Assembly: GCA_054661495.1 (NCBI GenBank)
Contig: BAAFSQ010000139.1
Location: 1-25,177, forward strand
Direction: 5' to 3'
DNA: 25,177 nt
Source: Zygophlyctis sp. KS116
Lineage: Eukaryota > Fungi > Chytridiomycota
Each line of letters opens with the position of its first letter. Positions within the stretch are counted from its first letter, which is position 1. A model generated the notes under the pieces. It worked only from the letters and a program-made list of their open reading frames with translations, was not told the origin of the DNA and ran no database searches. A program made the translations under genes and the position numbers. Of the stretch, positions 9,615-19,700 are shown piece by piece.

Positions 9615-12281
9615 ATGATTTCAAAGTTGCTGAAAAGTGCCACAGTTCCCCTGGGTCTTAATAAGCCTGATCTAGGCAGATATTTCTTTCCTGAATCCCT
9701 CCTTAAGTCGATCGAATATACTACACTGTCCGGATTTTACAATGGCAAACATTTGCTTTTAGCATCTCCACATCCTGGGGCTGGTGTTTCAATTAAGAAG
9801 CTATCATTATTTATGGCTCAAAAGAGCTCAAGCGATCATTTTTCTCTTGACTATCATTGGTTTGTTCATGCATCAAAGTTGTTATCTAAGCAGTCATCGC
9901 CTCGTCCTCAGATAAAGGATTCTAAACCGTTTTCTCCAAGTGCCTATGAGGCTTTTGATGAGAATGATCAATCAGAACAGGAAATGGATGAGGATAAATT
10001 TCGCAAGGTTTTAATTAGTTTTGATGGGGAAAAAGGATTTATTGTTCCTCCCAATATTAAAGGAGCATTAGAAGAAGAATGCAGTTCTGGGACTCATTAT
10101 GATACACATATTTCAAAAGATGATTTAGATGCTATTTTGAATGGACTAAAGGAAATTATAAGGGAAAATAGATCTAGAGCGATTATAAGTATCCCTGATG
10201 TGACTGATATGAGTAAGTATTCTTCAAATTGGGCTGGATAGCCCTCAATTTATATAATGTCTAAATATTTTAGTTATTTCGACTCCAAAAGGTTGTGGTT
10301 CGAGGCTAGTGTTAGGGCTAATGGAAATGGTCAATGATCTTAATAGTGAAGGTGTTGAAGCATTACTTTTTGCTCATTCAACACCTTCATTGATTGATAG
10401 TGATAACTTGTCCAAGACATCTACTTTTTATAGTGATTTGTTTGATGGTCATGTATCATTGTCTGATACAGGTGAAGTTGAAGATTCATTGTGGGCAGAT
10501 GGTGTATTCTTTAAGACGGTTCTCGATGGAATGAAGCCAAACAAATTTACAAAAATCCCAATTGCTCCTCCGACACCTGCTTTTGCATCGAATCAGGAAG
10601 ATTATGATCCTTTTGAGGCTGAAGCAACATTTGAAAAATGGCTGAAAATTATGGAAGAAGATAAACGCCTAGGTAAAGTTTTAATTATTAATTTATAGGA
10701 ATAAAGGAGATAAATTGGAAAAATTTAATGTCTTGTTTACATTCTCGCCAAATTAAACTGACTGGGTTAAAATTGGATGATATAATTACTAAATCAGAAA
10801 AGATTTCAGAAAGTTTGAATAACTTACTAAAGAATTGGGAGACGCGGATCTGCACTCTAGATGATTTGGATCATATTGCATCATTGATGGCTGGTCAGCG
10901 GTTAGCAATAGAGAAGAATAAGAAAACTGCAAAGCCTTTAGAAGTCAATATAGATCAATTAGAATGCGCTCTTAAATTGGCTTCGGAAATGAATTATTCC
11001 ACGCTCGTTCCAAGTAAAGATCTAATCACTCCAAATTCAGAAATTCTCAATGAGGAAACCGGAAATAATAGTGATATTAATCGATCTAAAACATCCGTAA
11101 GTCTATGCTGATTTATCTGTAGGAAAATGCAAATGATAGCCGATCAAAAACATCAGAGGTTTCAAATGTTCAGGAAATCCTCAAATCTGCAAAGATTCCT
11201 CTTTCACTACTAAATACATATGAGAAAAGGGTTATGACAACTGTCATTAATCCTTCAAGCATAACGGTAGGTTTTAAGGATCTGATCCTTCCAAGCTCAA
11301 CCAAGCTAATGTTACAAACGTTAGTTACTCTTCCATTACTTAGACCTGCATACTTTTCAGAAGGAATTTTGTCAAGACACTCTATAAGTGGAGTTTTATT
11401 ATTTGGACCACCTGGAACTGGTAAAACTCTTCTTGCTAAAGCCATTGCAAAATCGTCTGGTGCCAGATTCATGAATGTCTCATTAAGGTATAAATACTTT
11501 TTTTCTCATTATTAGTTCTGTATTTGATAAATACGTGGGCGAAGGTGAAAAAAATGTAAAAGCTATTTTCACATTGGCAAGAAAACTATCACCTTGTGTA
11601 ATATTCCTTGACGAAATGGTAATTTTTATATTTGAATTTACAAAATAGGATGCTCTCTTTGGAGCACGTAGAAATGATTTACATTCTAGTAAAAGAGAAA
11701 TCATTAATGAATTTATGTCTGAATGGGATGGCCTCATATCTGCAAATAAAGGTATTATCATTCTTGGAGCTACCAATCGTCCTTTTGATTTGGATGATGC
11801 AGTTCTTAGAAGACTTCCTAGAAGGGTATTGATTGACCTACCAACCGAAGAACAAAGACTTTTAATACTTCAAGTTCATCTTAAAGGAGAAAATTTAAAT
11901 TCTAATGTCAGCCTATCCAAACTAGCAAGCCTTACTGCATCATATTCTGGAAGTGATTTGAAGAATCTTTGCGTATCTGCCGCATTATCTCGCATTAAAG
12001 AAGTCATTTACAAAGAAGAGTCATCCAAATCCTTGGATTTATGTACAACATCTAAATTGGAAGACTTGGACGATTGGAATACATTGATCGTTTCAAAAAA
12101 ATCAGAACCTCTCTCAACACCATTAAGTCCCTTATCAATGCGACATTTTGAAAATGCATTAAAAGAAGTACCCCCATCTTTGACAGATGAAATGCAGACA
12201 TTGATTGAACTACGGAAATGGGATAATCAGTTTGGAGAAAAATCTAGTTTATCAACAAAGAAACAAGGCTGGGGATTTTAA
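9615..12281 (+). CDS. AAA+ ATPase of the meiotic clade (Msp1/ATAD1/spastin-related) with long N-terminal region (about 831 aa)
   Basis: Introns 10213-10273 (61 nt), 10673-10698, 11097-11122, 11488-11515 and 11619-11648. Walker A GPPGTGKT, pore loop DKYVGEGE, Walker [35 protein letters not shown]-terminal WDNQFGE...GWGF. The start codon is the least certain part. Confidence 0.88.
10213..10273 (+). other. Outlier 61-nt intron containing a stem-loop (10226-10251)
   Basis: The GTAAGT donor at 10213 and TTTAG acceptor at 10273 restore the frame. Inside, AAATTGGGCT-ggat-AGCCC(tc)AATTT can form a 10-bp stem with a 2-nt bulge. Confidence 0.65.
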
Positions 12282-12291
12282 TAGAAAATTT

Positions 12292-13359
12292 ATGTGTTCT
12301 GAGTGTGGAGATGAGGATAAATGTGTCCGCAAGTATGGTAGAGTATTCGTCCTATTAACCATTATACTAATTACATTTGTCCCCATCACTAGCAATTATT
12401 TTATATTCTTCCCTTGGTTAACGATAACTGGACGCAACTTATGGATTTGGCTCGCACCTTATAATTTGGCATGTGTCTCCATATGGATAAATTATTATTT
12501 AGGATGTGTGACTTTACCTGGTTGCATCCCTTTGAAATATTCTCCAAAATCACCAGGCCGATGGTGTAAAGTATGTAATTCTCAAAAACCCCCACGATCA
12601 CATCATTGTTCTATTTGTAAAACATGCGTCCTAAAAATGGACCATCATTGTAACTTTTTTACATTGTATTAAACTCAAGGCCCATGGCTTAACAATTGTA
12701 TTGGTGCTTTTAATCATGCACACTTTATTAGATTCACTGTATCAGTTACGATTGGAGTCTTGATTGCATTATTTCTCATTGGAATACGGATCTATGAATT
12801 TATTCTATTTCAATCATATCTTACACGGAGCTATTCTCCAGACTTTACTTTTGAAGATGTAGCGTATAGTCCAAATCCAGATTTGACTGAACTCATTTTT
12901 ATCGCTATTAATTTTGTGATTCTAGTAGTTTTATTAATAGCTGTTGGATCTTTATCTGCATATCAATTATATCTTGCATTATACAATATGACTACGATTG
13001 AATCATATGAATGGGATAGGTTAAATAATATGCATATTGAAGCGGAATTTCCTTGGAATATTGGAGCCTATAAAAACTATCAGAGTTTATTTGGAAAATT
13101 ATGGTTATTTTGGTGGATTCCAAAATCAGCACTTATAGATGGTATCAATTGGGAAAAAAACAAGACTTCTGAATTTGAATGGCCTCCAAAAGAATATTAC
13201 CTAATTAAAAAGGGACATATGTCAAGTGATGGTGAATTGTTAATCAAGGAAATTACTCCAGAGGAGCGTGAAGCCATGATTTATGATTCAGATGTATCAT
13301 ATGCATCTAGTGATGATGAACCATTGGAATTATTACAAAATAAATTCAAATCACAATAA
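12292..13359 (+). CDS. PFA4: DHHC palmitoyltransferase, Pfa4-like (345 aa)
   Basis: One intron, 12650-12679, splits the catalytic Cys codon (T|GC). The spliced Cys-rich domain reads [38 protein letters not shown]. TTxE motif (NMTTIES), FPWNIG...N...FG, WPP, and four TM segments. The subfamily call is less sure than the family call. Confidence 0.85.
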
Positions 13360-13392
13360 TACCTCTAGTATCCATAGTGGATGTGGGAACTA

Positions 13393-13420
13393 AATGACGT
13401 GAATCAACGTGAATGACGTT
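13393..13420 (+). promoter_or_regulatory. Triple ACGT-core (CRE/bZIP-like) tandem repeat
   Basis: AATGACGTG-AATCAACGTG-AATGACGTT in the 78-bp spacer, ending 17 bp before the ATG at 13438. Confidence 0.4.
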
Positions 13421-13437
13421 TACCAATTAGAAATTGT

Positions 13438-14997
13438 ATGGAGAGTTGCTGGTCATATCCCGATTCCGAAGAATATAAGAGATCAAAAGAAGCAAAGGCA
13501 TTATGTTTTGAATTAGTAAAGACTGTACAGTCAAACCATTTAGATGAAGAAATACAAGCAATGGTTGCAGATGTTAAAAGCGGACAGCAAAAACAAGTCT
13601 ATTATTCTAAAGGGAAAATAAGATCAGACCAGGAAGTAATGACTGAACCGATTGCTGCAGAGTTTGATGTTATCAGTAGGATTAAAAAGACTTTGGTCGA
13701 TGACTATAATATTTCGTCAAGAATTTCTGATGTAATGCAGAAACAAAAATTGGAAGAGATTAATGCCGAATTAAAATATCAAGAAAAGGAAAAGGCAAAC
13801 AAGATCGCTAATAATTTTTCTGTAGTATTAGATGATATTCGTGAACAATGCGAGGAACAGCTATGGGAGACAATTCAGGATATCGCAATTGAGCATGAAA
13901 ATGATAATAATCGTATTATTCAAGATATGAAGAATAAATTAGAATCGGAATTGGTGCCACTTGAAGAAAGTTATCAGGAAGTTCAAGCTAGCTTTGATCA
14001 GATTTCTTTAGAGCATGAAAAAGTAAAGTTTGCTGCTCTTCAATCTTATACAATCTTAAAAAAGTATAATCTTTTACCAGAAAATATGCGATTCACATTT
14101 ACAAAGGAGGATGAAGCCAACTTAATGGAAATTCTAAATGAATACAAAAAGGCTATAAATGAAAAAGATGAAGCTATTCTCAATCTTAAAAGACAAATCG
14201 CCAAATTAGATTATAGATCAGAGCCACACTCATCCCCTAAACGAAATTCTATTACTGGTAGGCCGTCAATGATTGGTCGATCTTCAATTTCGTCTAATGA
14301 GCGACAATCTTTTTTGCATAAGCCATCAATGGCGGAATATACCTCTGGAGAAGATGGTGACGATTTTCAAGTACTAGACGCTCCTCCGGTGCCACATGAG
14401 CCTGATTTCTCTGAGGCAGACATATTAGAAAAAAAATACATTCAGGAGCTGCAGAGTTTACGAGAATTACATGAAAAAGTATTATTGGGCCTGCAAGAAA
14501 AAAGGAACAAACAAAAGAAACAGTGGGATATTAAATCTCATTCTATTTCAAATTTAAGAATCAATTCAAAATTACAAAAAATTGTTAAAAGGCAGAATCT
14601 TTTACTAAACTTGGCAACAAAATCTAGGCCTCAGCCAGACTGCCATAAAGAGGTTACAGCACATCTATCAGGAATATCTCTGCGTCAGATGAACATATTT
14701 CAGCTTAAAACCGTGATAAGCAATATACCCACATCGATAGAAGCACAGGCATCTGTCAATGATGCACTACAATATACATTTTCAAATGCCAACTTGGATG
14801 ATGATAATGATTATTTACCTCCTCAAAGAGATTTTCTATCTATTAGTGTCAGCAAAGGCTTCTCAGGTTTAAAAAAAACACCAGATAAGACATTACGGAG
14901 AAGATCGTCCAGTTTTGGACCAAAAATAGATCAAGAGTCATCTTTGCAAAAGCTTGCCAAATCGTCATCTTTTAATTTGGATAAACACCCCCAGTAA
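13438..14997 (+). CDS. Hypothetical coiled-coil protein (519 aa, apparently intronless)
   Basis: Long uninterrupted ORF with E/K/Q/L-rich heptad-like segments separated by Ser/Arg-rich disordered stretches. No family recognised. Confidence 0.75.
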   Translation: MESCWSYPDSEEYKRSKEAKALCFELVKTVQSNHLDEEIQAMVADVKSGQQKQVYYSKGKIRSDQEVMTEPIAAEFDVISRIKKTLVDDYNISSRISDVMQKQKLEEINAELKYQEKEKANKIANNFSVVLDDIREQCEEQLWETIQDIAIEHENDNNRIIQDMKNKLESELVPLEESYQEVQASFDQISLEHEKVKFAALQSYTILKKYNLLPENMRFTFTKEDEANLMEILNEYKKAINEKDEAILNLKRQIAKLDYRSEPHSSPKRNSITGRPSMIGRSSISSNERQSFLHKPSMAEYTSGEDGDDFQVLDAPPVPHEPDFSEADILEKKYIQELQSLRELHEKVLLGLQEKRNKQKKQWDIKSHSISNLRINSKLQKIVKRQNLLLNLATKSRPQPDCHKEVTAHLSGISLRQMNIFQLKTVISNIPTSIEAQASVNDALQYTFSNANLDDDNDYLPPQRDFLSISVSKGFSGLKKTPDKTLRRRSSSFGPKIDQESSLQKLAKSSSFNLDKHPQ

Positions 14998-15034
14998 ACA
15001 CAGCCTATAGACTTCCATACAAAATATATTTTAT

Positions 15035-16667
15035 TCAATCATCTAATTGATAGCATTTCCCTGTTTTTGGATCCGTAAATGAGCTTCCACGAGTATCAAA
15101 TATAAGTTCCAGCTTTCCCTCGTTTTCCTCGTCTGATGACAAGTACATTGAATCGTCCACTTCATTTAATGATGCTTTAACTGTTTTAGATATGCGAATA
15201 TCTTCATCATCTTTTTCAGTACTATGATGCAATGTAATTTCAGAATCATGCCTTAAATCCACTAGTAAATTATTTAAAGATTGAGCAACTAATTCAAGTT
15301 CTTCTTCACTAGTATCCGGATTTGATTTTGAAATATTTAAAGAATCACTGAAAAGAGAAGGCTCTTTGGCAGACAAAATGAGATACGGCTTCTTAAATGG
15401 TGTAAAAAGTTCTTCGTTTGTCTCCACTTTAGAATCCTTAATATTCCCATTATTATCATCAATTATATTCGCATGTTCTTTTTCCTCATTTTCTTGACAG
15501 TTTCTAAAAAATTCATGAATTTCGTTTTGAAGCTGATCAGAAGACGAGATTTCATTTTGAAGATGATCAGAAGATGACTTTTCAATCTCTTCATTTTTAT
15601 GTACATAATCCTGATTGCAATATAGTGCAGGATCATAAGTTTTTATATCTTGCTCAACTTGTCCAGACAAATAATCAACTCCATCTTCTTTATGCAAATC
15701 TTTTGTAAGACTTTGATTATTTAAGTTAGATATAGGAGGCAGTTTAGAAAATTTCCCGCAATTATTTAGATTGTTTTGAGAGTTATCCTCAACTTTATTG
15801 CTAGGATTATCTTCCAAATCCTTTTTAGCTGGTCTTTCAGTAGCATGTTTTCTCGTGATGATCCTCTTATCCGATAACAAATGTTTAACATTCTATAATC
15901 AATTATTGACAAAATTACTTTTTGTTTGTAGACTTGGTCTTTAGATGTAATATTTGCTGTAGAAACTGGAATTAAAATCCTATTCATATTAAAAATCTGC
16001 ACAATATTTTCCACTCCAATTGGAAAAGACACTGCTCTTGGCAGACCTTCAATATGTCTATTAGCATAATCATAATCCAGAACTTGACCACCTGACGAAT
16101 CCGGCGGCCTGTATTTAAGAGTAAACACTTTTCTTAATTTAAAGTTTCCAGATAATGTTAAACCATTCAAACATTTAAAAGTTTGATTCCTAAAGTTTTG
16201 ATTCATGAGCGATGCTAAATCAAATACAATATTAACCTTTTGAATTATAGATTTTATATTACCCATTTCCCTCTAATCAATCCCGGCATTGGAAGATTGA
16301 CATGCAGAGCATTAATTTTAGTCTCTATCTGTGCTGTAGATAAGAAAAAACGCCGTCTATCACCAGACAGATCGGACATGAGCAATTCCAAAGAAAAGTT
16401 TGCCCCTTGTGGTATATAAATTTGTAGATTAAGATATGGTTGAATGAGATAAATAATGGATTTATCCTTTGGAAGTGATAGTCTTCCAATCTTATCACAA
16501 GAATAACAATATCCTTTAACCTGTTTATCATACATTTTTCCAATAAACGTCTTATTTACAATCTTCCAGTTCTTTGCCAGTGTGCCATTAGAAGAGAATA
16601 TTTCAAAGAATGGAGTTCCCTATAATTTTATGAATCGTCAGAATACCTGGAAATCATTTTTGAACAT
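15035..16667 (-). CDS. CFAP20DC: CFAP20 domain-containing protein (C3orf67-like, 517 aa)
   Basis: Introns 16620-16646, 16237-16262 and 15893-15918. N-terminus MFKNDFQGTPFFEIFS...YDKQVKG...LIQPYLNLQIYIPQGANFSLELLMSD...RRRFFLST...KLRKVFTLK (CFA20/DUF667 domain). The C-terminal LELIFD...FTDPKTGKCYQL motif separates CFAP20DC from CFAP20. Confidence 0.88.
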
Positions 16668-16748
16668 TATCAGACTAATAAACACAAAAACTACCAAACG
16701 ATGATACAACGGGCCGACGGAAGATTAAACCGGACATTTTCACTAGAA
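16668..16748. promoter_or_regulatory. Putative bidirectional promoter between CFAP20DC and CFAP44
   Basis: Only 81 bp separate the divergent ATGs, with a short GC-rich core (ACGGGCCGACGG, CCGG). Inferred from gene geometry. Confidence 0.6.
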
Positions 16749-19700
16749 ATGGAAGATATATCACCTTCTTCATCACAAGGTAATTCTGAATACAATGATA
16801 GCAAGCGGTACTAACAAACAAACCTTTTTCCAAGAAGCAGGAACTACAGGGTCTGGATGAATCGTTTTATTATAATGCTGAAGATATCGTACAATATTCA
16901 AACCCATCAAAGAGATTATCAGATACTTTAAAAATTCATCACTCTTTTGGACTCTCTACAAAACGACATAATGTACATTTGATAGATTCGGACACGCTTT
17001 TAACTGCCGTTGGAAATGTTTTGATAACAGTTTCTCTAAAGACTCGTGAATCTAATATGATTATGGGATTAAGAGAAGGATCTATTGGATCCATTGCTAT
17101 TCATCCTTCTGGAAAGTTTTTTGCGGTAGGAGAAGTTCATAGAGAATCGCCAAATATTTATATATTTGAGTATCCTTCCCTTAAAGTTTATAGAATTTTA
17201 AGAAATGGAGCAGAAAAGGTAATACATGTATGTTAATATTAGGGATATGCAGATCTTTCTTTTAATTGTCAAGGATCCAAATTAGCATCAGTTGGAATGA
17301 GTTCAGATTATATGTTGACTATTTGGAATTGGAAGCAAGAAAGAGTTTTATTAAGAAGTAAAGCATTTTCACAAGATATATACAAGGTTAATTTTGCTTC
17401 AGAAGATGATGGAATTTTGACAACGTCTGGAATGGGGCACATTAAATTTTGGAGGATTTCTTCTACATTTACAGGGCTAAAGCTTCAAGGTGTTATCGGG
17501 AAATTTGGCGCTAGTGAGCTATCAGATATTTCAGCATTTGCTCAACTTCCTGACGGAAAAGTTTTAAGTAGTACAGAGACTGGAAATTTATTAATGTGGG
17601 ACGGAGGAATGATTAAATGTGAAATTTCAATGAAGAATAAAAAACCTTGCCATCAGGGTAGAATTGAAGTTGTGATGTTGAATGATCTAGGATTTATTAC
17701 TGCAGGAGAAGATGGATATGTCAGAGTCTGGGATTTTGAAAGCATTGATAATGCCGATGTTGTTAGTGAGGCTGATTCGGGGAATGCAAAAGGATCTTTT
17801 ATTCAATCTAGAGTTTTTGAAATTGATCCAGTTGATGAAGTATTCGTTGGTGTGGGTGTGAAGGTATTTAAATAATGCTAAATCAAAGATTATTTCATTA
17901 GTTCGTATTCCTCAGCTACCAAATGAATATATTATTCAAGACGAAAATGGACACATTTTTCGCTTAGATTTGGATCAGAAGACGACTGAAGAAATCCTAA
18001 ATTACCATGCTGGAAGTATTGTTTCAACAGATACAAGTCCACTGCTTCATAGTGTAGCAAGTTTAGGAGAGGATGGATCTTTAAGGCTCTTTGAATATAG
18101 CTCTAAACGCTGCATAGGCAACTTCAAATACCCATGTGGTGGATCTTACTTGTGCTATCTACCAGAGGTATTAAACTGTTTTTTGTAATGATAAGAATCT
18201 TGATTGTAAAGGGACTACAGTGGCAGCCGGGTTTTCCGATGGTGTTATCAGACTACTGACCCATTCTTATATTGATTCAGACTCAACTTCAGCTAGAATT
18301 GATATAGATCACGTCATAAAACCGCACACCAAGGGGGTCACAGCGATTGCTTTTTCTCCTGACGGTAGTTTTATGGCTACTGGATCGCATGATCAAACTG
18401 TTTTTCTGTTTAAAATCAAATATGAAATAATCACTCATAATGGTCATCCAGTTGTAAATTTTAGTCGAAAAACGGTCGGATTTATTCCGATTGGTTTTCT
18501 CAATATGGGATCTAGTATTAATGCGATATCATTTTCTCCAGATAATCATCGAAATGTGAATGAGCTGGAGAAAAATGAGCGGTTTAGCAGACAATACTCT
18601 GATTACAGCAAGTTAGATACCGGAAGAAAAATGCTCATACTACTGAATAATGGTGGTATTTATAGTGCAAATATCTTTTTTGATGCAAAATATGACAACT
18701 CGGTGACTTTTGAACTTAACACTGCTGATTTTAATGTTCAAAGATGGATTCCAAAAATCGATGCTGCTCTTCAGCCCGGGACAGAAGCCAGTTTAGCCCC
18801 AGGCACAGCAGAACCGAACTTAGGTGCAGATGAATCTCAAGAAAATCAGCCAGCCGAAAAAGTTTTAGCAGTCAAGATTGAAGATTTGCCAGAGGATATG
18901 CGAGAATCTGTTATTAGAAGAAAAAATGGCCTGTCAATCACTGCTGATTCAAATTTCACAAACGTAATGTATCTTGAAGGTGGATATTTTCTTGGATCCT
19001 TGGTGAATTCATTTGGGGAGGGGGAATTGAGGGTTTTTAAGCTTGAAAGTCCTGAATTAAGTCGATTACTATTGGTTCATCATGCTCCATTTTCTCAAAT
19101 CCGCATTTCAAGATCATTGAGGTATCTCCTAGCTGGTACCAATGACGGGGTATTATGTGTGAAGGAAATAAGTGTTGGAAATATGATTCTGAATAAATGG
19201 AAGAATGGTCATGAAACATATGAAAATTACTCAAATCAAATCAATCTTGAAATTCAAAATGCTCGCCTAGCAAATAATTTGGAATATGGCGTATCTGAAA
19301 GTGGTAAAAGTATTATTCGGACACCAAGTCAATTTTGGATGGGATACGCCCATGAGAGTGTGGATGGAAAGATTACTGGCTTCCAATCGTCATTTGATGA
19401 TTCTTATTTTGTTTCGTCCGGTCGTGATGGATCACTATTTGTATGGAGATGTCCGGAATTATCACCTAGGAAGAATTTAGGTATTTTTCAATATTGTTTA
19501 ATTACAGTCGTTGAGGATGACTTGTTTGAAAAAGCCGACAAACTTGAGCAAGTTCAAGACATATCAGATCCGGCGGCTTACAGTATTCAGGAGGTAAAGA
19601 TCAAATCGGAAAGAGATAGAGAAGTTGAAGAAGCTGAAAAGAAGAAAATGGTAATTTATAATTTAACTGATTTCAATTACAGAGTATTCGAAATTTTATT

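Noticed and set aside
10242-10258. Microexon splitting the 61-nt intron into 29-nt and 15-nt introns
   Set aside because: The second intron would be far below the observed size range and the product is out of frame with the downstream exon.
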